A DNA stretch of 64,000 bases from a virus (Duplodnaviria; Caudoviricetes): positions 2,034 through 66,033 of the IMG/VR virus record IMGVR_UViG_3300009873_000018; one strand, 5' to 3'. This document shows positions 1 to 9,255 of the stretch, in pieces. The translations under genes and the position numbers were made by a program. Numbering within the stretch: the stretch's first letter is position 1; each line of letters opens with the position of its first letter. The notes beneath the pieces were generated by a model that was given only the letters and a program-made list of their open reading frames with translations, was not told the origin of the DNA and searched no databases.

Positions 1-985
1 GCAGCTTCTCGGCCGGGAACGTCGAGCAGGCGACGAGCCACTCGCGGCGGATCAGCGCGTCGAAGGCCTCGCTCGGCGCGATCCCGCGCACCCGCGAGCG
101 GTAGATCGGGTCGTCTTCGCCGTACTTCGCCTTCATGTCCTCGACCATCTTCCGGCTCGTCGCCCCGGGGATGATCTGCGCGTCGTCGGCCACGACGTTC
201 GGGTGGTCGAGCGCCGACGCGCGGATCGCCACGACGGACGGGTCGCGGCTCACGCGCGCGAGCGCGTCGAGCTCCGAGTCGGGGTTGCCGAAGAAGAGGC
301 GGAGGTTGTGCGGCGCCGTGCAGGTGAGCTCGATCGCGTTCAGGATCGGGTCGGGCACGCCGGTCGTCTCCTCGACGATGAAGAGCATGTGCTCGGCGTG
401 GAACCCGCGCGCGCGGTTCGCGACGGTCTCGTCGGCGGCGACTCCGCACGGAAACCCGACGGCGCCCCACCCGACGGAGTCGGCCATCTCCGCGCCGTCT
501 AGGTGGGCTTGCGGCCGCATGCGGATGCGCAGCTGACCGAGCTCGGCCTGCGGGTGCAGCTTCTTGAACAGCGGCCAGAGCCGGCCGATCTCTTTCCAGA
601 TGTGGAGGGCGAGCTGGTCCTGCTTCGGCGCGATCGTGATGACCTGCGCGCCCTCCCAGCAGTCGAGGAACCAGAGGGCCAGCAGCGCGCCGTTGAACGT
701 CTTCCCGACCCCCGTCGCGCTCGACACCGCGACGTTGTGGTTCTCGGCGAGCGCCTTCGCGGCGGCGAGGAGCGGCTCCTTCGTCCCGTCCCACACGTGG
801 CCGAGGTACTTCTGGTACGCGTAGCGTCCCCAGGCCTTCATCGGGACCTTCAGGCGCTCGCGGGCCCACTTGTACGGGTCGGCGCGCCACGACGGCTTGA
901 TCTTCTCGTCGTGCGCGATGAAGCTCTCGCCCGAGCCGACGCGGTCGATCAGGCGGTCGAGAGCGGAGAGGACGGGGGAAGTCAC
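1..985 (-). CDS. terL: terminase large subunit, N-terminal ATPase part (truncated by window edge)
   Basis: Not in the ORF track; my translation from GTG 985 gives MTSPVLSALDRLIDR..., with Walker A VSSATGVGKT, Walker B LFIVEET and coupling motif FFGNP. Confidence 0.9.
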   Translation of the reverse strand, partial: MTSPVLSALDRLIDRVGSGESFIAHDEKIKPSWRADPYKWARERLKVPMKAWGRYAYQKYLGHVWDGTKEPLLAAAKALAENHNVAVSSATGVGKTFNGALLALWFLDCWEGAQVITIAPKQDQLALHIWKEIGRLWPLFKKLHPQAELGQLRIRMRPQAHLDGAEMADSVGWGAVGFPCGVAADETVANRARGFHAEHMLFIVEETTGVPDPILNAIELTCTAPHNLRLFFGNPDSELDALARVSRDPSVVAIRASALDHPNVVADDAQIIPGATSRKMVEDMKAKYGEDDPIYRSRVRGIAPSEAFDALIRREWLVACSTFPAEKL

Positions 986-1263
986 GTCCAGCACTCGCCG
1001 ACGAGCCGCCAGAGCACGACGACGGCGAGCGTCCAGTTCATCCGGGGGTGGCAGCGCGCGCCGGCCAGCCGCACGAAGGCCCGACGAGGCAGGAGCTCGT
1101 CGTCCCCGTCGAGGCCGAGGAGCGCGAGCACCGCGTCCTCCTCGAGCGGGTCGAGGCCGAGCGCGCGGATGGCGGGGAGGTACTTCCGGGTCTCGCGCCG
1201 AAAGTCTTCGAGCGCATACGGGTTGCGCTCGACCCACGCGCGCCAGTCGAGCACCTCGCGCAC
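982..1263 (-). CDS. hypothetical protein
   Basis: ORF between terS and terL with GTGA overlap into terL; start uncertain. Confidence 0.55.
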   Translation of the reverse strand: MREVLDWRAWVERNPYALEDFRRETRKYLPAIRALGLDPLEEDAVLALLGLDGDDELLPRRAFVRLAGARCHPRMNWTLAVVVLWRLVGECWT

Positions 1264-1273
1264 GCGCGGGTCG

Positions 1274-2017
1274 CTAGTCCACGGGCTCTGAGTCCCGGTC
1301 CACCTCGCCCGAGGCCTGCGCGTCATCCCCAGCTTCGGCCACAGCGTCGAAGGCAGCCGGTAGGCGGAGGACCTTTCCTGCTCTTGGATCATTCTGTCCT
1401 TCACGGTTGAATCGCAGCCGCAGCTCCTGCAGCAGCTTCAGCTGGAGCTCGCGGGTCGGCAGCACGGACTCGATCGCGCCCTGGAGGTCGTTGAACAGGA
1501 TGATGAGCTGCGCCATCGGGATCGACACCTGCAGCAGCTTCTCCCGCTCGAGCTCGGTCTGCGTGAGCCGGCGCCGCCGGTCGATCAGGGGCGTGAGGTC
1601 GTCCCACAGGGCATAGTCGTCGAGCCCGCGGTTGACCCGCTCGCCGAGCTCGGACACGAGCGTGCGCAGCTTCTCGAGGTCGACGTCCTTGTCGTCATCC
1701 ACCATCAGGGAGTCTTTCAGCTTGTCGGCGACGACCCCGACGCGCCTCCATCCGTCGCGCGTCTCGCCGGAAGCCTTATGTCGCTCCTCGAGCTCGTGGA
1801 TGCGGAGGTCGATCTTCACGAGCTCCTGGCGGAGGCTCGTGAGCTCGGGGTCGAGCAACGCCTCTTCGAACTCCGTGAGGCGGCGCTTCGACAGGACTCT
1901 CGTCCACCCGCGACGGAAATGACGCTGGCCCACCTCGGAAGCTGTTCGCGGACTCATGGTGAACGAGTAACCGGTCGTACTCAGAGAAGCCAGCGGGTTT
2001 CGTTCTAGGCTATACAT
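1274..2017 (-). CDS. terS: probable terminase small subunit
   Basis: Helical/coiled-coil protein (LLDPELTSLRQELVKIDLRI) just upstream of terL; start could be 1956. Confidence 0.6.
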   Translation of the reverse strand: MYSLERNPLASLSTTGYSFTMSPRTASEVGQRHFRRGWTRVLSKRRLTEFEEALLDPELTSLRQELVKIDLRIHELEERHKASGETRDGWRRVGVVADKLKDSLMVDDDKDVDLEKLRTLVSELGERVNRGLDDYALWDDLTPLIDRRRRLTQTELEREKLLQVSIPMAQLIILFNDLQGAIESVLPTRELQLKLLQELRLRFNREGQNDPRAGKVLRLPAAFDAVAEAGDDAQASGEVDRDSEPVD

Positions 2018-2028
2018 GGAAAAGGTCA

Positions 2029-2081
2029 ATAGGAAAAAAAATCAGCGCTGTATTTTCCTTTTATTGGCACTCTCCTATATA
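2029..2081. promoter_or_regulatory. bidirectional promoter module, copy 1
   Basis: AT-rich 51-bp block, 49/51 identical to 36301-36351; TTTTCC-17bp-TATATA on +, TTTTCC-17bp-TATAGC on -; central palindrome CAGCGCTG. Confidence 0.65.
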
Positions 2082-2163
2082 GAGTACATGAACGAATCTT
2101 TTCACGAGCCCGCCCCCTGAGCTCATCGTGGACCGACGCGTCGCTGGGAATTATATTGCGTAC

Positions 2164-2529
2164 ATGCCAGCCACGTCGCAGCACCGCGCGGTCCTCGCGC
2201 CCGAGGTCGTCCAGCAGCTCAAGCAGCTGTTCGGGACGGCGCGCAACGTCCACGAGCGTCTCGGCCTCCACCCTCTCGTCGACCTCGCCGAGGTGTCCCG
2301 GGCGCTCAGCGGGTACAAGATCAAGGCGTTCTCCGAGGTCACGATCCTCCGCCGCTGGGCCGCCTGGCGCGCGCTGTTCCTCGCCTCGCCCCCGTCCGGC
2401 GTGTCCGACCGCGTCCGCTCCGACTGGGAGGCCGGCGACGTCTACGACCCGCGCGCCTACGACCCGGCGCTCGACCGGCTCGTGCTCCCGGTCGGCCGGT
2501 TCACCTTCATCCCGACCAACGACTCATGA
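2164..2529 (+). CDS. hypothetical protein
   Basis: First ORF after the + promoter; GC3-biased codons; alternative start 2128. Confidence 0.6.
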   Translation: MPATSQHRAVLAPEVVQQLKQLFGTARNVHERLGLHPLVDLAEVSRALSGYKIKAFSEVTILRRWAAWRALFLASPPSGVSDRVRSDWEAGDVYDPRAYDPALDRLVLPVGRFTFIPTNDS

Positions 2530-2599
2530 GTTTGTGCGTCATCGTTTTTGGGAATGATCGTTCCCGATTCGGGAACGGAGGAAAGCGGCGGCGACGCAG

Positions 2600-2788
2600 A
2601 TGAGCGACACGATCACGTGCGGCACGTGCGGCTTCGTCCGTGCGAACGTCGGGCGGGTCGTCCCCTGCCCGCGCTGCCACGGCATCCCCGCGCTCTGGGA
2701 CGTGCTCCGGCGTCTCGAGGCGCTCGAGGCCGACCTCGCGCGGGTCGAGCGCGCGCTCGCCGCGTCGCCGGGGCGCCGCGCCCGATGA
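2600..2788 (+). CDS. small zinc-finger protein
   Basis: CGTC...CPRC plus short coiled coil; ATGA coupling to next ORF. Confidence 0.65.
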   Translation: MSDTITCGTCGFVRANVGRVVPCPRCHGIPALWDVLRRLEALEADLARVERALAASPGRRAR

Positions 2789-2997
2789 GCGAGCACCACG
2801 TCCTCACCCGCTGGGCCGTGTGCCTCGACCGCGGCATCCTGTTCCGCCCGACGCAGCTCGTCCAGGTCGCGGGGGCGACCGAGGGCAGCATCGTCGGGTA
2901 CACGCTCGCGCGGCGGTCGTACGCGAGCGCCCGGGTGATGACGCTCGACCACGACTCGTCGCTGGTGCTCGACGCGCTCTTCAGGAGGCACGAGTGA
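2785..2997 (+). CDS. hypothetical protein
   Basis: [10 protein letters not shown]...; translationally coupled on both sides. Confidence 0.6.
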   Translation: MSEHHVLTRWAVCLDRGILFRPTQLVQVAGATEGSIVGYTLARRSYASARVMTLDHDSSLVLDALFRRHE

Positions 2998-3776
2998 TCT
3001 GCTACCTCGCCGGCCCGATGGACGGGTATCCGGACCACAACTTCCCGGCGTTCGACGCCGCGGCGCGGCGCCTCCGCGACCGCGGGTTCTCGGTCATCAG
3101 CCCGGCCGAGATCACCCGGAGCATGTGGCGCGTGGGCCTCCCGGCGGCGTCGACCGCGCGGGGCGACGACGAGATGCGCGCCGCGTTCGCGCGCCGGTTC
3201 CCCGACGAGGCCGAGCGGCGCGCGAAGTACCTCCGCGCGGACGTCTCCGCGCTCCTCTCGTGCGACGCCGTCGTCCTCCTGCCGGGATGGAGCAGCAGCC
3301 GGGGGGCGACGCTCGAGCTGCTCGTCGCCGTGCAGACCGGGCGCCTCGTCTACGTCGACGCGGGGGGCGATCTGCTCCCGCTCCGCTTCACCCCCGACCT
3401 GGTCGCCCGGTGGCACTTCCTCGCCGAGAGCGGTCGCGCTTCTCCTCCGTCCGGACCCGTCGCCCCCGTGCCGCCGGTCCCTTCCGAGGAGGAGGCGCCG
3501 CTCTCCGTCTGCCGGGAGGCCGACGCCGCGGTGCGCGGCCCGCGGCAGCAGGCGTACGGCGGCCCGCGCGAGAACTTCGAGCGGATCGCCGGCCTCTGGC
3601 GCGAGTACCTCGGCAAGAAGTTCCTCTCGAGCTGCGACCTCGGCCCCGACGACGTCGCGTCGATGATGATCCTCCTGAAGCTCGCGCGCCTGATGAACGG
3701 CTACCACCGCGACTCGGTCGTCGACGTCGCCGGCTACGCCGCGTGCTGGGAGCTGCTGTCGGAAGAGAAGCCATGA
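2994..3776 (+). CDS. DUF4406 (nucleoside deoxyribosyltransferase-like fold) fused to DUF6378-like domain
   Basis: N-term [17 protein letters not shown]...[19 protein letters not shown]; C-term [15 protein letters not shown]...KLAR...[11 protein letters not shown]; AGGAGG before GTG 2994. Confidence 0.75.
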   Translation: MICYLAGPMDGYPDHNFPAFDAAARRLRDRGFSVISPAEITRSMWRVGLPAASTARGDDEMRAAFARRFPDEAERRAKYLRADVSALLSCDAVVLLPGWSSSRGATLELLVAVQTGRLVYVDAGGDLLPLRFTPDLVARWHFLAESGRASPPSGPVAPVPPVPSEEEAPLSVCREADAAVRGPRQQAYGGPRENFERIAGLWREYLGKKFLSSCDLGPDDVASMMILLKLARLMNGYHRDSVVDVAGYAACWELLSEEKP

Positions 3777-3940
3777 GCGACATCTTCGGCAAGATCGTGA
3801 AGCTGGCGGTCAACGTTGGCGTTGGGCTCCCCGTCGCGCTGCTCCGGGACGCCGTGAGTCTCGCCGGCGCGATCGACAACGATGGTCGCCCGCACACGGT
3901 CGACAAGCTCCAGCAGATCAAGGACGAGGCGTCCGAGTGA
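3773..3940 (+). CDS. hypothetical protein
   Basis: 55-aa ORF with ATGA overlap. Confidence 0.55.
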   Translation: MSDIFGKIVKLAVNVGVGLPVALLRDAVSLAGAIDNDGRPHTVDKLQQIKDEASE

Positions 3941-3947
3941 GGACCGA

Positions 3948-4103
3948 ATGAGCGACGACCTGCCGACCTCGCCGGAGATATGCTCCATCTGCCGCGCTGA
4001 GGGACGGAAAGAGGCGCTGGAATGGGCTTGCCATCACTCGGCAGAATCGGGAGATGAGTACATCGAGCATGGGCTGCGTGCGCTCGCGGGAGAGAAGCGA
4101 TGA
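3948..4103 (+). CDS. hypothetical protein
   Basis: 51-aa ORF with CSIC; GAGG RBS. Confidence 0.5.
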   Translation: MSDDLPTSPEICSICRAEGRKEALEWACHHSAESGDEYIEHGLRALAGEKR

Positions 4104-4198
4104 ACGACGGCGTCCGCTTCGTGCTCACGGGCGTCTTCGCGCTCTTTCTCGGGTGGATGGTGACGCGCCTGCTCCTGCACTGGAGGCATGAACGATGA
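4100..4198 (+). CDS. small membrane peptide
   Basis: MNDGVRFVLTGVFALFLGWMVTRLLLHWRHER; ATGA overlaps at both ends. Confidence 0.45.
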   Translation: MNDGVRFVLTGVFALFLGWMVTRLLLHWRHER

Positions 4199-4425
4199 AG
4201 ACCGAGATACACTCGTGCGACGGCGACTGCGGGCGCGAGACACGCGACTTCTACGCCGAGTCGGGGTGGCTCGTGTTCACGATCGCCAGCACCTCGTCCG
4301 CCTTCCTGACGCGCGGGCGTGACGACCGTGGGCAAGCGAAGACGCACTGGAAGCCGCTCGCCGCCGGCACCACGTATCTCTTCTGCTCGCCGCGCTGCCT
4401 GCGCGCCTTCCTGGAGCGCGCCTGA
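4195..4425 (+). CDS. hypothetical Cys-containing protein
   Basis: CDGDCG...FCSPRC; GGAGG RBS. Confidence 0.6.
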   Translation: MKTEIHSCDGDCGRETRDFYAESGWLVFTIASTSSAFLTRGRDDRGQAKTHWKPLAAGTTYLFCSPRCLRAFLERA

Positions 4426-5018
4426 TGGGCGGGACGCTCCTCGCGCTCGAGCGGCGGCTGCGCGACCCGCAGTACGCCGAGCGCTGGTTCGTCGGCGACG
4501 GCATCGACGTCGGGGCGGGCGGCGACCCGCTCGCCGCGCAGGGCTGGCCGCGCGCCCGCATCCGGTCGTGGGACGTCGGGGACGGCGACGGCACCGTCCT
4601 CCGCGACGTGCCGGACGAGAGCCTCGACTTCGTCTACTCGTCGCACATGCTCGAGCACGTCGACGACCCCGTGTCGTGCGTCCGCGCATGGTGGCGCGTC
4701 TTACGCCCCGGCGGCTACCTGATCGTCGTGGTCCCGCACTGGGACCTCTACGAGCACGGCTGCTGGCCGAGCAGGCACAACGGCGAGCACCGCACGCGCT
4801 GGACCGCCGCGCGACGCGGCCCCCCGGTCGGCGCCGACGCGGTCCTCGAGAGCCTGCTCGACGTCGTGAACGTCGCGAGCCGTCACCGCGCGCGGCTCCA
4901 GAAGCTCGAGCTGCTCGACCGCGGCTACGACCCCGCGGCGGTCGACGTCGACCAGACCTGCGACCCGCACCGCTGCGAGTGCGGCGTCGAGATCATCGTG
5001 AAGAAGGAGTCTCTATGA
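4425..5018 (+). CDS. class I SAM-dependent methyltransferase (Methyltransf_11-like)
   Basis: IDVGAG motif I; DFVYSSHMLEH; RVLRPGGYL. Confidence 0.85.
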   Translation: MGGTLLALERRLRDPQYAERWFVGDGIDVGAGGDPLAAQGWPRARIRSWDVGDGDGTVLRDVPDESLDFVYSSHMLEHVDDPVSCVRAWWRVLRPGGYLIVVVPHWDLYEHGCWPSRHNGEHRTRWTAARRGPPVGADAVLESLLDVVNVASRHRARLQKLELLDRGYDPAAVDVDQTCDPHRCECGVEIIVKKESL

Positions 5019-5212
5019 CCCGCGAGCAGCGCGCCGGCTGGGCGATCATCGTCGCCTTCCTCGGCATCATCATCGTCGGCCTCCTCTCGTCGTGCGGAGA
5101 AGTCGGGTCGACGGGCTCTATCTTGCGGCACGCCGACGACCCTGAAGCCGGCGTCCGTTGCTACCGGTGGGGCAACTCGTTGGGCATCAGCTGCGTGCGG
5201 GTGCGGCCATGA
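5015..5212 (+). CDS. putative small lipoprotein
   Basis: Hydrophobic signal followed by LSSC lipobox. Confidence 0.55.
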   Translation: MTREQRAGWAIIVAFLGIIIVGLLSSCGEVGSTGSILRHADDPEAGVRCYRWGNSLGISCVRVRP

Positions 5213-5281
5213 CGATCGACCTCGACCGGATCGCCGCGCGTCATGGCAGCAGCCGAGCGGCCCCTGCCTTGAGTCCGCACC

Positions 5282-6217
5282 GTGACCCTTAAGACCCTAG
5301 CCATCGACCACCGTTCCGACCCTGTGGGCCGTTCCTCCCGGGTCGTATACGCGGACTGCCTCGAATGGCTCGGCGCACTCCCCGAGAATACGCTTCACGC
5401 CATCGTGACGGACCCTCCCTACGGGGTTAAAGAGTATGACTTCGATCAGCTAGAGAAGCGCGCTGACTGCAACGGTAGTATCTGGCGCATCCCCCCGAGC
5501 TTCGACGGTGCGAATCGTCAACCGCTCCCCCGATTCACTGCCCTCAATCCCCGGGAGCGGAAACAATTACGACGCTTCTTTGTCGAATGGGCGAGGGTAG
5601 CAGTACACGCGCTGCGCCCGGGCGGGCATGTGATGCTGGCGAGCAACGCGTTCCTCTCCCAATTAGTGTTTGAAGCCTTAGTTGAGGGAGGCCTGGAGTT
5701 TCGTGGTGAGTTGATTCGGCTGGTACGCACGCTCCGTGGTGGGGACCGCCCCAAGAACGCGGAGAAGGAATTCCCTGATGTGTCGTCCATGCCGCGCGGC
5801 TGCTACGAGCCTTGGGGAATCTTCCGGAAGCCGCTGCCGAAGGGGTTAACGGTAAGCGAAACCCTGCGCCGCTTCCAGACCGGAGGCTTGCGCCGCCTCC
5901 CGGACGGTCGGCCCTTCTGCGATGTCATCCGGTGCCAGCGTACCCCTAAGCAGGAGCGGGCTATCGCCAATCATCCGAGCCTCAAGCCGCAGGCGCTGCT
6001 CCGCCAACTCGTGTACGCCGCACTCCCTCTGGGCGAGGGAGTGATCTGTGATCCTTTCATGGGCTCCGGGTCCACCATTGCTGCTGTGGAAGCCATGAAC
6101 CTGTCGGCCATCGGCGTCGAGCGATACGCGGATTACTACGCCTTGGCAGTTGCCGCAATCCCACGTCTCGCCGCAGTCTCTACCGATGTGGAACTCAGCC
6201 GGGAGAAAGCAGAGTGA
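5282..6217 (+). CDS. DNA amino-methyltransferase (N6-A/N4-C), beta class
   Basis: DPPY precedes HPSLKP and DPFMGSGST (beta motif order). Confidence 0.9.
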   Translation: MTLKTLAIDHRSDPVGRSSRVVYADCLEWLGALPENTLHAIVTDPPYGVKEYDFDQLEKRADCNGSIWRIPPSFDGANRQPLPRFTALNPRERKQLRRFFVEWARVAVHALRPGGHVMLASNAFLSQLVFEALVEGGLEFRGELIRLVRTLRGGDRPKNAEKEFPDVSSMPRGCYEPWGIFRKPLPKGLTVSETLRRFQTGGLRRLPDGRPFCDVIRCQRTPKQERAIANHPSLKPQALLRQLVYAALPLGEGVICDPFMGSGSTIAAVEAMNLSAIGVERYADYYALAVAAIPRLAAVSTDVELSREKAE

Positions 6218-6399
6218 GCTTCAACCGCATCTACGGCTCTTGCGTCTGGGCCCTGGACGACGAAGGCACCTACCATACGTCGTGCGGGGAGGTGTTCTGG
6301 CTCGAGGACGGGACGCCCGAAGAGAACGGATGCCGATTCTGCCATCACTGCGGCGCCCGGCTCGTCGTGGTTGAGCTCGAGGAGGACGAAGAGGAATGA
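6214..6399 (+). CDS. small zinc-ribbon protein
   Basis: CVW...TSCG...CRFCHHCG, acidic tail. Confidence 0.65.
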   Translation: MSFNRIYGSCVWALDDEGTYHTSCGEVFWLEDGTPEENGCRFCHHCGARLVVVELEEDEEE

Positions 6400-7322
6400 T
6401 CGCCGTCCTCGGAGACCCGATGCTCGACGAGTGGGTCGAGCTCGAGCGTACCCGGGCGAACCCCGAAGCGCCGAGCACGCCAGTCGTCCGCCGCGCGCGG
6501 AAGACCGTGCAGCCTGGCGGCGCCCTGAACCTCGCCGCGAACCTCGTGCGCGCCACGAACAGGCTGGTGCACTTCATCCCGTCCTGGCACTGGGCGAACG
6601 CGGCTGTCTGCGGGCTGATGACGGACTACCGCGTGATGGTCGCCGCGCAGGACTTCTTAGGTAGCGGCGTCACGCACAAGCGGCGCGTGCTGCTCGACGG
6701 CACGCTGCTCTATCGCGAGGACAGGGACGTGCGGCCCGACCCGAGCCGGGTCGCCGACGAGCGGGAGATCGCGCAGCGGCTTGCCTTCGACGCGCCGGAG
6801 ATGATCGTGGTCAACGACTACGATAAGGGCAGCATCACCGTCCCCGTCGCGCGCGCCGCCGTCGCGAGGTCGCAAAAGGCCGCCCTGTCGTGGTGCGTCC
6901 TCGACGTCAAGCCGCGGCTCGCCTTCGCGCTGGGGCAGGAGGGCTTCAGTCCCTACCGGCTCATCGTGAAGATGAACGAAGCCGAAGCCGCCATGATCGT
7001 CGGCAAGCAGCCGAGCGCGACGGCGCTGCGCGCCGCCGTCGGCACCGACTGGGCCGTCGTCACGCGCGGCGCGGAAGGCGCGTCGTTCGCCGGGCCGCGC
7101 TTCACCAGCGAGGCGTTCGTGACGCCGGGTCCGCGCCTCGTCGAGGCGGCACGCCGCGGGTCGATCGCGGGGGCGGGGGACGTGTTCACCGCGCTCCTCT
7201 GCGCCGCGCTCCTGAGCGGCGACCCGATGCACGACGCCGTGCTGCACGCGGTGACCGGGACGACGGACCTGATCGCGCGCTGTCGTCAGACGCTCCTCTT
7301 GCCGCCGTGCGCGCCCCGCTGA
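6396..7322 (+). CDS. hldE: HldE/RfaE-type heptose-7-phosphate kinase domain (PfkB family)
   Basis: VLGDPMLD...PEAP..PVV...GGALNLAANL, DYDKG, DVKP and GAGD match RfaE domain I; no adenylyltransferase domain. Confidence 0.75.
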   Translation: MIAVLGDPMLDEWVELERTRANPEAPSTPVVRRARKTVQPGGALNLAANLVRATNRLVHFIPSWHWANAAVCGLMTDYRVMVAAQDFLGSGVTHKRRVLLDGTLLYREDRDVRPDPSRVADEREIAQRLAFDAPEMIVVNDYDKGSITVPVARAAVARSQKAALSWCVLDVKPRLAFALGQEGFSPYRLIVKMNEAEAAMIVGKQPSATALRAAVGTDWAVVTRGAEGASFAGPRFTSEAFVTPGPRLVEAARRGSIAGAGDVFTALLCAALLSGDPMHDAVLHAVTGTTDLIARCRQTLLLPPCAPR

Positions 7323-7723
7323 CGGCGCGGCAGGAGCAGGTCGTCGCGCAGCTCTACGAGCGTCACGGATGGAGCTGCGGGCAGATCGCGGAGGTGCTCG
7401 GCGTCGGGCGCCGGCTCGTCGAGAACGTCCTGCACCGGCGCGGCGTGGCCCTGACGCACCGGGGACGATGGCGCCGGCAGCCGACGCCGGGGGTGCGCGC
7501 CGCGCGGGAGTGGTTCGCGGCGGCGGCGCGGCCGGAGCAGGCCGACGACGTGAAGGTAGAACAGCAGGAGTGGGGCGGCGCATACCGCAGACGGCGCTGC
7601 CCGTCGTGCGAGCTCCTGACCGCGTACGTACACCGCTGCCCGCGCTGCGGGCACGACTTCGACGCGAACGTGCGGGCCGACCGCGACGTCGAGCAGACCT
7701 ACGACGAGGAGACGCACCGATGA
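7307..7723 (+). CDS. HTH plus zinc-ribbon protein
   Basis: GWSCGQIAEVLGVGRRLVENVL (HTH); CPSC...CPRC. Confidence 0.6.
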   Translation: MRAPLTARQEQVVAQLYERHGWSCGQIAEVLGVGRRLVENVLHRRGVALTHRGRWRRQPTPGVRAAREWFAAAARPEQADDVKVEQQEWGGAYRRRRCPSCELLTAYVHRCPRCGHDFDANVRADRDVEQTYDEETHR

Positions 7724-8526
7724 CCGAACCCGCACCCGAGCAGCCGAACCCGTTCGTCCTCGTCGAGGACTGCCGGTACGGCCGGTTCCTCGTGCCGCCG
7801 ACCGACAAGTACGTCGGGCAGGCGCTGATGAAGTACGGCGAGTACTCGCAGGTCGAGCTCGACCTCGTGCTCCAGCTGTTCCCGAAGGGCGGGCGCGTCG
7901 TCGTCGCGGGGGCGAACATCGGGGCGTTCATCCCGGCGCTCGCGCAGAAGGCCGGCGAGGTCGTCGCGTTCGAGCCGCAGCGCTGGGTGTACCAGCTGAT
8001 GGTGGCGAACGCGGCGCTCAACGGGCACATCAACGTGCGCCCGTATTGGGCCGGCCTCGGCACGCAGGCGCGCTACGCGTCGATCCCGGTGCTCGACCCG
8101 TGGCGCCAGAACAACTTCGGGGCGTTCGAGCTCGCGATGGGCGAGGGCATCGAGGGCGGCGAGCCGGTGCCGGTGTACCGGCTGGACAAGATGCCGAACA
8201 TGGACATGCAGCTCCTCACCATCGACGTCGAGGGGATGGAGCTCGACGTGCTCCAGGGCGCCGAGGCGACGATCGAGCGGAACCGGCCGGTCATCTTCTT
8301 CGAGGCCGACCGGAAGCTGAAGAACCCGGCCGTGTTCGCGTGGCTGCGCGGGCGGAACTACGACCTGCACTGGCACCGGACGCCGCTGTACAACCCGAAC
8401 AACTGGCGCAAGGACGAAGAGAACGTATACATGATCGACGGCGCCATCGTCGTCGCGGAGAACGTCATCGCGACGGCGAAGGAGCGGAACATCACCCTGG
8501 CGGGCTTCGTGCCGGTGCTCGACTGA
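7720..8526 (+). CDS. FkbM family methyltransferase
   Basis: YGEYS...GANIG...AFEPQ...IDVEGMELDVLQGA..TI.R.RPVIFFE. Confidence 0.9.
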   Translation: MTEPAPEQPNPFVLVEDCRYGRFLVPPTDKYVGQALMKYGEYSQVELDLVLQLFPKGGRVVVAGANIGAFIPALAQKAGEVVAFEPQRWVYQLMVANAALNGHINVRPYWAGLGTQARYASIPVLDPWRQNNFGAFELAMGEGIEGGEPVPVYRLDKMPNMDMQLLTIDVEGMELDVLQGAEATIERNRPVIFFEADRKLKNPAVFAWLRGRNYDLHWHRTPLYNPNNWRKDEENVYMIDGAIVVAENVIATAKERNITLAGFVPVLD

Positions 8527-8596
8527 CGATGCTGATCGTCTATAACCTTCACACCAGATATGGTTTCCCGGGCGAAACGGAAGGGTGGTCCGAGCT

Positions 8597-8797
8597 ATGA
8601 ACACGCAGCTGAAGAACGTGGCGCATCCGTTCGTCGCCCCCGGATACGTCGGGACGACCGTGCGACTGTCAGGTCGCTATGCCTACGTCACGGAGGGCGC
8701 GAAGTATGACCTCTGGGAGTGCGGAACGCCGCACGAAGGTAACTGCCCGCACCGCGGCTGCACCTACCACGTCATCATCTACGAGGTGGTTCCGTGA
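8597..8797 (+). CDS. hypothetical protein
   Basis: 66-aa ORF coupled to next gene. Confidence 0.45.
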   Translation: MNTQLKNVAHPFVAPGYVGTTVRLSGRYAYVTEGAKYDLWECGTPHEGNCPHRGCTYHVIIYEVVP

Positions 8798-9255
8798 GCG
8801 CACTCGTCACCGAGGTCTGGCCGGGCGTCGTGGTCGGCAGCGGTCGGGTCGAGCGCCCGCGCGACGTGATGCGCGACTTCAGTCTCGACGTGGCGTTCAT
8901 CCTGTCGCGGTCGACGTTCGACGACCTGTGGTACGGCGTGCCGGGCGCGATCCCGCTCTTCATCGACGACGGCCGGCCGCACTCGCACGGCGAGATCGCG
9001 CGGCTGATCAGGGCCTTGTCCATGCATGAGAGCGAAGGACTCCGCGTCGGCTTCTTCTGCTTCGCCGGGGTCAACCGGTCGGCGGCAGCCGCGTGCCTCT
9101 GGCGCTGGTGGTGCACCGGGCAGCACCCCGGCGAGGCTGCCAAAGAGCTGCTGAAGCTTCGGCCGCAGAGCTTTCAGTACCGGTGGTGGCTCGACCTGCT
9201 CGCGACGTGGTACGACCCGATGGTGCGCGGCGACGCTGCGGGGACGAGCGCGTGA
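8794..9255 (+). CDS. dual-specificity/tyrosine phosphatase-like protein
   Basis: P-loop FCFAGVNRSAA (CX5R) with upstream IDD acid loop. Confidence 0.8.
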   Translation: MSALVTEVWPGVVVGSGRVERPRDVMRDFSLDVAFILSRSTFDDLWYGVPGAIPLFIDDGRPHSHGEIARLIRALSMHESEGLRVGFFCFAGVNRSAAAACLWRWWCTGQHPGEAAKELLKLRPQSFQYRWWLDLLATWYDPMVRGDAAGTSA

